Translations under genes and position numbers: made by a program
NCBI GenBank assembly: GCA_028700115.1
Contig: JAQVTI010000005.1
Span: 1 to 32,000, forward strand
DNA: 32,000 nt
Direction: 5' to 3'
Origin: Candidatus Iainarchaeum sp.
GTDB taxonomy: Archaea; Iainarchaeota; Iainarchaeia; Iainarchaeales; CSSED10-239
Shown: positions 1-8,165 of the stretch, piece after piece
Numbering within the stretch: the first letter of the stretch is position 1
Layout: every line of letters begins with the position of its first letter
The notes under the pieces: generated by a model
Told to the model about the DNA's origin: nothing
Seen by the model: only the letters and a program-made list of their open reading frames with translations
Databases searched by the model: none

Positions 1-3000
1 AGAAGTAATAATTCTAACTTTTCCTTTAACTTTTCCTTTATATCCAATTTGTCCTTTTATTTCTTGAACTTTTGTTTCTTGTTTTTCTAAAGCTAAATTT
101 AATTTATCTAATGTTTTATTTATATCCCCTGTATATAATTTTCCTTGATAATAAACAAATCCTTTTTCTCTTTGTTTTATTTTTTTTAACATTAAAGATT
201 TATTTTTAACATCTCCATTAAATATATCATCTGGAAGAACAAATCTATATTTTCCTTCTAAATAAGGATATTTTGTTTCTATAAAATTTTTAAATAAAGG
301 TTCTAAACTTTCATTATATTCTTGTGTTTTTTCTCTTAATTTTAATGCTCTTTGTTTAATCTTTTTTGGAGCTTTAAGATATAGTTCATCTGAAAAAACA
401 AGTAAAAAATCAACATGTGTCCAATAATTACTATGATTTTCTAAAACAAATTTATATTCTTTAACTGAAGTAATAAATTTATTATGTTTAAGATATTCTT
501 TCAAATTAAAATATATTTTTTCAAAATTATCCATTAAATCATTTGCTTTACTATAATCTTCATTAATTTGTTTTTCTATATATTTAAAAGCAGTAAATAA
601 TTCTTTTTGATTATAATAAGAATCCACTAAATCTATGCCATTATAGATTAAACAATTATATTTTAAAGGATAACCAATTGCTTTTATATATTTAAAATAA
701 TGTGTAAACATTTTATTACATGCATAAACTCTAGATAAAGAATATTCTCTAGAATGTTCTTTATGTAATTGTATTTTATATTCTGATTCAGGAAGTTCTA
801 AATTGTCTTTTTTAAGAATAGTTTTTAATTTATTATAAGGATAAGCTTTTCCTTTATAAAAAATATAACCATTTTCTTTTCTATTCTTTATAACATATAG
901 TTCTTTTTTTGTAAAAGCTCTTTTAAATAAAATTAAAGCTTCAGAAGGTAAAATATAATCTACATATTCTTTATATTTTTTAAATTTATTATTAATTAAA
1001 TTTCTAAATATAATATCTACATTATTAATATAATTTTGAGTTTTTTCTCTATATTCTAAAGAAATTTTCTTAAATTTATTATCAACTCCAGAAATATTAG
1101 GAGAAACATAAAATACAGACATATAATTTAAAAAACGCCAAGTATTATCTAAAAATTCTTTTAATTCTTTTAAAGTTTTTATATTTTTTTCTAATTTAAA
1201 ATAAGCTTTTACTTTATCCCAATATTTATCATGCAATCTACTAATATTTGAAATATATTTCTTATCAGATTTATATTTATCAATTATATTTTCATAAATC
1301 TTATTTATAGAATTAAAATCATACCAGTAACTATTTGAATTATCTTTATTAATATAAATAAAATTATCTAATGAAAAATCCACAATGTATTTATCAGAAA
1401 CTTTATAATTACCCATATATTCTAAATAATTAAAAAATAAAGTTCTTTCTCTAGTATATAATTTAGTTAATTTTATTTGTTCAATTTTAGAATCAATTAC
1501 AATATTATCTTTTTTTAAAACTTTATTTAAATCTTTTAAATCATATAATTTACAATTATATAAAAAACTACCATTTTTTTTTCTATTTTCTATAGTTTTA
1601 ATCTCTTTTTTAGTTAAATTTCTATTTTCTAATAAATATACTTCTTCTGGTAAAATATGATATGCTAAATGTTTTAAATTAGAAAATTCATTTTCAAAAA
1701 AATCAACAAAAACAGAACCTATATCATTTACAAGATATTGTGTATTTTTTCTTATCTTCAAACATTTAGATTTATATTTTTGTGGGATTTCTTTAATTTC
1801 TGGAACTACATAAGTTACAGCCATAGGACCATAAAAATTAACTGCAGTTTCATAATATTTTTTTAATTCTTTAATATTTTTAATTTTCTTTTCTTTTTTT
1901 AAATAAGGTAATAATTTATTCCAAAATTTATAAAATTCTTTTTCAATCCATTCAAAATAGTCTTTTTTAGAATTATATTTATTAACAATACTTTTATTAA
2001 TTTCAATTAATTGTTTTTTATTATAATAACTAGAAATTAAATCAGAATTAGGATAAAACAAATAAACTAGATTTTCTACATTCTTACCAGTATACTTTTT
2101 ATTAATTTTGTAATTAGAATCACACCATAAACTACAATAAAAAATAGAATGCTCTCTTGTAAATGTTTTTTCTAATTTAATTATATTATTAAAACAGATT
2201 TTATTTTCATAAATTTCACAGTTATTTCTTTTATCAAGTATATCATTAGATTTTGTAATATTTTCTATGATTTCTAAAAATCTATAATTATTATTTTTTA
2301 CTTTATTATACAACTTATTTTGAACAGTAGGAAATAATTGATCTGTATTTGTTCTTAATTTTAAAGCTTTTTCACACAATTCATTATTTTTCATATCTCC
2401 TAATATAAAATTAATAATAAATCCAGAAAATAATAAAATCACAAACTTTTTATTAAAAACTAATTTTGAATTTTTTAATAATTTATTATAATTAAATTTA
2501 TATTCATCTAATAATTTATCTAATTCTAACTTATCTAATAAATTAAAACTTTCTTTCATCAATTTAATATTATTTTTAATAGTATATCCTTTTACAACTC
2601 CATTTTTATAATCTCCAAATGTATTATTTATATCTTTTCTATTCCATTTCAATATATTTTCACAAATATTTAAATAAGAAAATAACCAAATATCATACAT
2701 AAATATAGGAGTTTCTCTAGTAAATTCTAATTCAAATTCAATTTTATTTTCTGAAACATCTTTTTCTTTTTTAATTTTAATTTTGTTTTTCAAAGTTGTA
2801 ATTGGTCTTGATTGTGTAATATAAATTTTATTTTTTTCAATTGCCCATTCAATATCACAAGGAAAACTATAATGATCTTCAATCTTTTTAATAATTTTAG
2901 ATAAATCAATAATTTCTTTATCAGAAAGAACTTGACTTTCACTTACTTTTTGATCTAATTTTTCCCATTTCGTTCCTTTTCTAAGACATTTATATAATGC

Positions 3001-3729
3001 TTTTTTTTGAATATTTACATTTTTATCTAAAATTTCAAATTTATCTTTTAAAACAACATAAGAATCAGGAGTTACTTGTCCAGAAACAATTGCTTCTCCA
3101 AGACCATATCCTGCTTCAATTATCATTTGATTATAATCTTCAGTTACAGGATGAACAGAAAAAGCAATTCCTGACTTTTCAGAATCTACCATTTTTTGAA
3201 TAACTACAGCAACTGAAACGTTCTTATTATGTAATTTCTTTTCAAATCTATAAAAAATAGCTCTAGGAGTAAATAAAGATGCAAAACATCTTTTTACATT
3301 TTCAATTAATCTTTTTTCATTAGTATTTAAAAAAGTATCAAGTTGACCTGCCCAAGCTGCACTTTTTGAATCTTCAGAAGTTGCAGATGATCTAACAGCA
3401 ACATGTTTAGTTTTAAGTTTTTTAAAAGAAGAAATTATTTCTTTAGAAATATCTTTTGGCATTTCTTTTAAATTAATAAGAGCTTGTATTTTTTCAGATG
3501 CCTTTTCAATTGTAGAAACATCTTTTATTTTTACAGTTTTTAAAATAGACTCAATTTCAATATTTAAATCAGTTTCTTCTAAAAATCTATTATAAGCAGA
3601 AGACAAAACAACAAATCCATTTGGAACAGAAATACCAGAAGAATACATTTCTCCTAAAGAAGCTCCTTTTCCACCAGCAATTTCTACTGAGTCTTTGTTT
3701 AAATCTTTAAAAAATTCAATAAATTTCAT
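1..3729 (-). CDS. PEP-utilising enzyme family protein. It has a PPDK_N-type ATP-grasp N-terminus, four tandem ~190-240 aa modules, and the beginning of a swivel phosphohistidine domain. It is truncated at the C-terminus by the window edge.
   Basis: This ORF is not in the supplied track because it has no stop codon in the window. My hand translation of the minus strand from the ATG at 3729-3727 stays open for all 1243 codons down to position 1. It contains PPDK_N hallmark motifs: MKFIEFFKDLNKDSVEIAGGKGASLGEM, VAVRSSATSEDS, GYGLGEAIVSGQVTPD and DIEWA...YITQSRPIT. The last residues, GQIGYKGKVKGKVRIITS, resemble the entry into the PEP-utiliser mobile (His) domain. Confidence 0.85.
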   Translation of the reverse strand, partial: MKFIEFFKDLNKDSVEIAGGKGASLGEMYSSGISVPNGFVVLSSAYNRFLEETDLNIEIESILKTVKIKDVSTIEKASEKIQALINLKEMPKDISKEIISSFKKLKTKHVAVRSSATSEDSKSAAWAGQLDTFLNTNEKRLIENVKRCFASLFTPRAIFYRFEKKLHNKNVSVAVVIQKMVDSEKSGIAFSVHPVTEDYNQMIIEAGYGLGEAIVSGQVTPDSYVVLKDKFEILDKNVNIQKKALYKCLRKGTKWEKLDQKVSESQVLSDKEIIDLSKIIKKIEDHYSFPCDIEWAIEKNKIYITQSRPITTLKNKIKIKKEKDVSENKIEFELEFTRETPIFMYDIWLFSYLNICENILKWNRKDINNTFGDYKNGVVKGYTIKNNIKLMKESFNLLDKLELDKLLDEYKFNYNKLLKNSKLVFNKKFVILLFSGFIINFILGDMKNNELCEKALKLRTNTDQLFPTVQNKLYNKVKNNNYRFLEIIENITKSNDILDKRNNCEIYENKICFNNIIKLEKTFTREHSIFYCSLWCDSNYKINKKYTGKNVENLVYLFYPNSDLISSYYNKKQLIEINKSIVNKYNSKKDYFEWIEKEFYKFWNKLLPYLKKEKKIKNIKELKKYYETAVNFYGPMAVTYVVPEIKEIPQKYKSKCLKIRKNTQYLVNDIGSVFVDFFENEFSNLKHLAYHILPEEVYLLENRNLTKKEIKTIENRKKNGSFLYNCKLYDLKDLNKVLKKDNIVIDSKIEQIKLTKLYTRERTLFFNYLEYMGNYKVSDKYIVDFSLDNFIYINKDNSNSYWYDFNSINKIYENIIDKYKSDKKYISNISRLHDKYWDKVKAYFKLEKNIKTLKELKEFLDNTWRFLNYMSVFYVSPNISGVDNKFKKISLEYREKTQNYINNVDIIFRNLINNKFKKYKEYVDYILPSEALILFKRAFTKKELYVIKNRKENGYIFYKGKAYPYNKLKTILKKDNLELPESEYKIQLHKEHSREYSLSRVYACNKMFTHYFKYIKAIGYPLKYNCLIYNGIDLVDSYYNQKELFTAFKYIEKQINEDYSKANDLMDNFEKIYFNLKEYLKHNKFITSVKEYKFVLENHSNYWTHVDFLLVFSDELYLKAPKKIKQRALKLREKTQEYNESLEPLFKNFIETKYPYLEGKYRFVLPDDIFNGDVKNKSLMLKKIKQREKGFVYYQGKLYTGDINKTLDKLNLALEKQETKVQEIKGQIGYKGKVKGKVRIITS

Positions 3730-3763
3730 ATAGATATATTATATATAATCTTTTTAAATAAAA

Positions 3764-4426
3764 CTATTTTCTTTCTAAAAAACATAAAAATCTTTTCTTA
3801 TAATTATTTGTACCATACTCAAGTCTTCTAATCTCTTCAATCTTAAAATCTTTAGAAAACAAACTAGTTATTTCTTTTTTAGACAAAGGATATGAATACA
3901 TATCAATTATTTCATTATAATAAATTTTTTTATTTTTAAAAGTCTCTTCAGATCTGTCAAAACAAAAAATTAAAATTTTAGAACCTTTTTTAGTTAGTTT
4001 ATTAAGGACTTTAAGATAATCTAATCTTTTTTCTGGAGAGATGTTATGAAAAAGCCCAGCATCTAATACAAAATCAAAAGGCTTTTTTGGCATCTTTTCA
4101 GAAAAGACATCTAAAGTCCTAAATTTAAGTTTATTTGAAACATATGTATTTTTTGCAATAGAAATAATTTTTGAAGAAATATCTACTCCTAAGACCTTAA
4201 AACCCTTTTTTACAAGAAAAAAAGAATAATACCCATTCCCACATCCAAGATCAATAGCTTTAGAAGGTTTAACCCACCCAGATTCAATAACCTCTTTAAA
4301 CCAAAAAGAGACTTTTGTTCTAATCCAAGGAAGTTTTTTTATATTTGTAGAAACATAAGAAGAATAAACTTTATTCCAATTGTTTTTATAATTTTTAAAA
4401 TTATTTATACTATTTTTAAAAATCAT
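3764..4426 (-). CDS. Class I SAM-dependent methyltransferase
   Basis: The protein has the motif I signature AIDLGCGNGYYSFFLVKKGFKVLGVDIS, followed by FDFVLDAGLFHNI and KKGSKILIF. The track ORF begins at a TTG (4459). The first ATG is at 4426 (MIFKNSINN...), which also avoids overlap with the upstream gene. The stop codon is TAG. Confidence 0.8.
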   Translation of the reverse strand: MIFKNSINNFKNYKNNWNKVYSSYVSTNIKKLPWIRTKVSFWFKEVIESGWVKPSKAIDLGCGNGYYSFFLVKKGFKVLGVDISSKIISIAKNTYVSNKLKFRTLDVFSEKMPKKPFDFVLDAGLFHNISPEKRLDYLKVLNKLTKKGSKILIFCFDRSEETFKNKKIYYNEIIDMYSYPLSKKEITSLFSKDFKIEEIRRLEYGTNNYKKRFLCFLERK

Positions 4427-4442
4427 AATAAACCTACAAAAT

Positions 4443-4895
4443 TTAATTATCAAAAACAATACTAGAAACTCTAGTAAATTTATCTGCTTCTTTTATTGAA
4501 TTTAAGACTATTAAATAATTTTTATAAGCATTTTTAAAATCATTTGTTTTTGTAAAAAGTTTATATTTTTTATTTTCATTTTCTAAAAAATAATTAAAAT
4601 ATGAATCTAATATTTTTGTTTTTGTTTGAAGATCTAAACAAGTTTGTTTAATATTTAACATTTTTTTTCTTAAAATAATTTTTTTAGAAGGATCATTTTC
4701 TATTAAATAAGTCTTAAGTTCATCTTTTCTTGTAAAGAAAAAATCTGATTTTAGAATATTTTCAAAAGCAGACAATATATCTTTTAAACTTTTATTTATC
4801 TCTTCAAATTCATCTTTTAAATCATTATATTCTTTAAACTTTTTTAGCTTTTCAAGTCTTTTTTTTTCTATTATACTCTTTATATATTTCTTCAT
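4443..4895 (-). CDS. Hypothetical protein of ~150 aa, Lys/Glu/Asn-rich and probably helical
   Basis: This is a long ORF in very AT-rich DNA, tightly packed and co-directional with the methyltransferase. The track start at 4904 is a GTG that lies inside an AGTGAT Shine-Dalgarno-like motif, and the ATG is at 4895 (MKKYIKSII...). I recognise no family. Confidence 0.5.
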   Translation of the reverse strand: MKKYIKSIIEKKRLEKLKKFKEYNDLKDEFEEINKSLKDILSAFENILKSDFFFTRKDELKTYLIENDPSKKIILRKKMLNIKQTCLDLQTKTKILDSYFNYFLENENKKYKLFTKTNDFKNAYKNYLIVLNSIKEADKFTRVSSIVFDN

Positions 4896-4989
4896 AAATA
4901 TCACTAATTAAAAAAATTTCAAAAATATTTTAAATATAATTGTAGAAAGAAAGATATATAAAATAAACTTTCTTAAAAAAAGTAATTAT

Positions 4990-5056
4990 TTAAAAAAATA
5001 AAAAAATAATAAATATTTAAAAAATAAAAAAAATATAAAAAAAATAAAAAAAAAGA
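4990..5056 (-). terminator. Run of oligo-T tracts (minus strand) immediately downstream of rps7
   Basis: The plus strand shows consecutive A7-A9 tracts (aaaaaaataaaaaaataat...aaaaaaaataaaaaaaaag), which read as T-tracts on the transcribed strand directly after the rps7 TAG. Oligo-T is the usual archaeal termination signal. However, background AT-richness makes such tracts common here. Confidence 0.35.
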
Positions 5057-5059
5057 ATC

Positions 5060-5659
5060 CTATCTAGATCCTTGTGCAATTCTTTCAATTTCATCTTTTC
5101 TTTTAACAGCATAACTTTTTTGATCATTTTTAGATGCAGCAATAAGTTCTTCTGCTAAAGAAATTGCCATATCTTTTCTAGTTTTATATGTGGCTTTAAA
5201 TGGTGCTAATGCTATATTTTTCAAAGCTTCATCAAGTCTTTTTATTGGTGCAATATCAACTGCTTGATTATAAGTTATTCCACCTCTTTGAAGTCTAATA
5301 ATGTCTTCTCTAGGTGCTGAATTTTCTATTGCAGATATAAAAACTTGCATAGGATTTTCTTTAGTAACTTTATTAATATGATCAAATGCTAAATCTACTG
5401 CTTTAATCATTTTTTCTTTTTTTCCACAAGCAAATTTACCTCTTAAAAACTTACCAGAAAGTTTTTTTTTCCCTTGCCCAGATCTCATCATTTTATTTAC
5501 AAGTCTTTCAACAACAGGAACTTTTGCTTTTTCAACAAGTGTACTTTTATTAGATCCATAGGTATGTGGAACTTCTTTTTCTTTAAAAGAAACATATTTT
5601 GCAATACCTAAATCTTTACTTACAACATCATTTGTAGTCCATTTTCCAAAAATTAACAT
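5060..5659 (-). CDS. rps7: 30S ribosomal protein S7 (uS7)
   Basis: The 199-aa product (...VERLVNKMMRSGQGKKKLSGKF...AIENSAPREDIIRLQRGGITYNQAVDIAPIKRLDEALKNI...) shows the typical archaeal/eukaryotic uS7 pattern. It follows rps12 as in the conserved str-type cluster. It has an ATG start and a TAG stop. Confidence 0.95.
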   Translation of the reverse strand: MLIFGKWTTNDVVSKDLGIAKYVSFKEKEVPHTYGSNKSTLVEKAKVPVVERLVNKMMRSGQGKKKLSGKFLRGKFACGKKEKMIKAVDLAFDHINKVTKENPMQVFISAIENSAPREDIIRLQRGGITYNQAVDIAPIKRLDEALKNIALAPFKATYKTRKDMAISLAEELIAASKNDQKSYAVKRKDEIERIAQGSR

Positions 5660-5709
5660 ATCTTATCACTCTTATAAATTTTATAAGATTTTCTAAAAAT
5701 TTAGAAAAT

Positions 5710-6135
5710 CTATCTTTTAACCTTTTCTTTTTTACCTGATCTAAGCATTTCTAAAGATTGACCATTTACTTTTACAACCTTATACTTAACACCCCAAAGA
5801 TCCCCAACAGGACCTCCTTTTCTTCCACCAATTCCTTCAACTGTAACTTGATCATGAATTTCTATAAATTTAATAGCTTTATCTTTTGGTGCAAGTGCAG
5901 TAAGTTCTTTTCCATTTTTAATTAACTTAACTCTAACACATTTTCTAATCCCAGAATTAGGCTGTCTTGCAGTAATTCCTTTTTTTTCTAAAACAATTCC
6001 TTTTGCTTGAGGAGCACCTCTTAAAAGTTCTTTCTTTTCTTTTACTTTTACACTTCTTTTATGTCTAGGATCTTTTTTATTCCATTTTTTTCTATCTTTA
6101 ATATTTTTTTTTGCTGCAAATTCTCCGTTTGCCAT
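5710..6135 (-). CDS. rps12: 30S ribosomal protein S12 (uS12)
   Basis: The product contains ...[46 protein letters not shown]...[29 protein letters not shown]. The track start (6144) is the GTG inside the SD-like AGGTGA. The ATG at 6135 ([10 protein letters not shown]) lies 5 nt downstream of that motif. Confidence 0.95.
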   Translation of the reverse strand: MANGEFAAKKNIKDRKKWNKKDPRHKRSVKVKEKKELLRGAPQAKGIVLEKKGITARQPNSGIRKCVRVKLIKNGKELTALAPKDKAIKFIEIHDQVTVEGIGGRKGGPVGDLWGVKYKVVKVNGQSLEMLRSGKKEKVKR

Positions 6136-6140
6136 AATCT

Positions 6141-6146
6141 TCACCT
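6141..6146 (-). promoter_or_regulatory. Shine-Dalgarno-like AGGTGA upstream of rps12
   Basis: The minus strand reads attAAGGTGAagattATG. GGTGA is complementary to the conserved archaeal 16S 3' end (..AUCACCUCC). The same GTGA core recurs upstream of other genes in the window. Confidence 0.55.
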
Positions 6147-6164
6147 TAATTAACCATTTTACAA

Positions 6165-6659
6165 TTATTTCTTTTTAATTTTAACTAATTTTTTAAACAT
6201 TTCATCTTCTTGAATTGGTTTTTCATCTTCTTCTTTTTTTCTTATTTCTTTTAATTTTTTTACTTTTTCTTTTTCTATTTTTTTTTCTTCTTTTTTAGCT
6301 TTCTTTTCTGCTTTAATTTTTACTTTTGAATTTTCTTTAATAACTTCTTCTTTTGAATCAATAACATCCATAATTGAAGCTTGACCAAAATCAATAATTG
6401 CAAGAACAGAAACACTAAATGGTTTTCCACATACAGACCCAAGTTCATATCCATTCTCTGGATAAAATACCATTTTTATATTTAATAATTTTGCATAATA
6501 TTCTAATTGTTTTTTTTTAATATCTTTAATAGAAGAACTCACAACTATTAATTTTGGTTCTCCAACCAAACATTCTTTTATAGTTTCATTTATACCTAAA
6601 ACTATTTTCCCAGTATCAACTGTATTTCTTAATTGTGTATTAAATTTACTTAAATTCAT
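6165..6659 (-). CDS. rpl30e: 50S ribosomal protein L30e with a 64-aa Lys/Glu-rich C-terminal extension
   Basis: Residues 1-100 (..[16 protein letters not shown]...PKLIVVSS...[46 protein letters not shown]) match the L30e/L7Ae-fold L30e pattern. The gene sits in the canonical position after rpoA''. Residues 101-164 are a low-complexity KE-rich tail. Confidence 0.85.
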   Translation of the reverse strand: MNLSKFNTQLRNTVDTGKIVLGINETIKECLVGEPKLIVVSSSIKDIKKKQLEYYAKLLNIKMVFYPENGYELGSVCGKPFSVSVLAIIDFGQASIMDVIDSKEEVIKENSKVKIKAEKKAKKEEKKIEKEKVKKLKEIRKKEEDEKPIQEDEMFKKLVKIKKK

Positions 6660-6692
6660 ATATATTCACTTATTTTATTTTTTAAATATTCC

Positions 6693-6760
6693 ATATTTTT
6701 TATTTAGTTTAATATTTTTTATTTAACTTAATATTTTTTATTTAATTTAATATTTTTTTT
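6693..6760. repeat. 19-bp tandem direct repeat, 3 full copies plus a partial fourth (atattttttatttaNNtta)
   Basis: On the plus strand the copies start at 6693, 6712, 6731 and 6750 (partial). They differ only at two adjacent positions (gt/ac/at). The array lies 34-100 bp upstream of the rpl30e ATG, inside the rpoA''-rpl30e spacer. Confidence 0.75.
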
Positions 6761-6948
6761 ATTTTAAATATATAATAAAATATATTCTTAAATAATCTTA
6801 AAAAGAAATATTATTTTTAAAAATAAATATATTATTATAAACTTTCTTAAAAACTATAAATAAATTATTTAAAAATATACAAAAAGAAAAAACTCTTTTG
6901 ATATATATAATATAGTCTAAGAACATTTATAAATATTTATTAAAAAAA

Positions 6949-8118
6949 TTATTCCTCTTTTTCAATTAATTTTTCTTGTTTTTTTATCATTTTCTTTAAA
7001 TGTTTAGGATCTAATGTTAATTTAATATTTCCTGTTCCTGAAGAAATTGGTTGACCAACAATCATATTTTCAGTTATCCCAGTTAATGGTTCTATTTCCC
7101 CATAAAATGAAGCATTTAAAATATGCTTTACAGTTTCTTCAAATGAAGCTCTAGCAAATGGAGAATTTTTATGCCCAGTAATTCCTGTTCTAACAATTCC
7201 TTTTACTTTCCCACTAGCACACATTAAATCTGCAAGAACATAAATATGTCTTTTATTTAAACTAATTCCATTTGCCTTAAAAGTATAATATAACTCTCTT
7301 ACAATTGATTCTCTTGCAGCTTCTATTCCTAAAACTTTATTAATTTCATTAATATCATTAGTAACAGTTCTATTTAAATCAATTTCTTCAAGTTTTAAAA
7401 TTTCAGAAAGATTACTTCCTTTTGTAACAATAACTTTTTCTCCATTTTCTTCAATAATTACTACTTTTTCAATTGATTTAATTCCAAATAATGGTATTTT
7501 TTCCCATTTTAATAAAGATTTTCTTATTTCATATAAAGATGTAGATTTATCAAAAACAAAATTAATTCCATTTTTATTTGGTGTAAATCTTTTAGATGCA
7601 TAAATATCATCAATTTTATCATACACTAAAGTCATAACTTCTTCTTTATTTAAATCTAATTCTAAAATTTTTTCATCATTTGAAATAAATGAAACAGTTC
7701 TATTTTCAAAATCTTCTTCAAAATGTCCAATATCCTTAACTTTTATATCTATTAAAGAATTTACAAATTTATTTATTTGTTTATCATTTTTAAAAAAATC
7801 TTTATTAAGATATATTTTCATTGATGGATATTTTGCATTAAGTCTACCATCAACAATTTCTATAACTCTTTGTATTCCTTGACCAACAGAAACTTCTAAA
7901 GATCCTGCATAGTGTTTTGTTCTTAATGTTAATTGAGTTCCAGGTTCTCCAATTGATTGAGCTGCAATTAGTCCAATTGCATCTCCTGGAGTTACTAAAG
8001 AATCATTATATCTATTTGTAACAATTTCAATTAATTTTTTTTTTTTAGAATCTGTAAATTTTTTTTTCACACAATAATTTTCAATTCTATCCAAAATAAT
8101 TTTTGGTAATTCTCTCAT
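6949..8118 (-). CDS. rpoA2: DNA-directed RNA polymerase subunit A''
   Basis: The 389-aa product contains ...PGDAIGLIAAQSIGEPGTQLTLRTKHYAG... and C-terminal ...RASFEETVKHILNASFYGEIEPLTGITENMIVGQPISSGTG. It corresponds to the C-terminal third of the largest RNAP subunit, as a separate gene in the usual archaeal manner. Confidence 0.96.
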   Translation of the reverse strand: MRELPKIILDRIENYCVKKKFTDSKKKKLIEIVTNRYNDSLVTPGDAIGLIAAQSIGEPGTQLTLRTKHYAGSLEVSVGQGIQRVIEIVDGRLNAKYPSMKIYLNKDFFKNDKQINKFVNSLIDIKVKDIGHFEEDFENRTVSFISNDEKILELDLNKEEVMTLVYDKIDDIYASKRFTPNKNGINFVFDKSTSLYEIRKSLLKWEKIPLFGIKSIEKVVIIEENGEKVIVTKGSNLSEILKLEEIDLNRTVTNDINEINKVLGIEAARESIVRELYYTFKANGISLNKRHIYVLADLMCASGKVKGIVRTGITGHKNSPFARASFEETVKHILNASFYGEIEPLTGITENMIVGQPISSGTGNIKLTLDPKHLKKMIKKQEKLIEKEE

Positions 8119-8165
8119 AATTTTTCACATTTTTTTTAACATTTTTTAAAAATTTTTTTAAAAAA

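Noticed and set aside
2997-3203. A 68-aa plus-strand ORF from the track (MLFFEYLHFYLKF...)
   Set aside because: It lies antisense to the strongly conserved PPDK_N domain of the 1243-codon minus-strand ORF. The sequence is low-complexity with no motif.
6693-6760. The tandem 19-bp repeats as a CRISPR array
   Set aside because: The copies are directly adjacent with no spacers, the units are too short, there are only 3.5 copies, and no cas genes are present.
6798-6926. A 42-aa minus-strand ORF (MFLDYIIYIKRVFSF...) in the rpoA''-rpl30e spacer, as a possible nusA remnant or small protein
   Set aside because: It has no KH-domain-like sequence, its composition is typical of random AT-rich translation, and it is below any reasonable length support.
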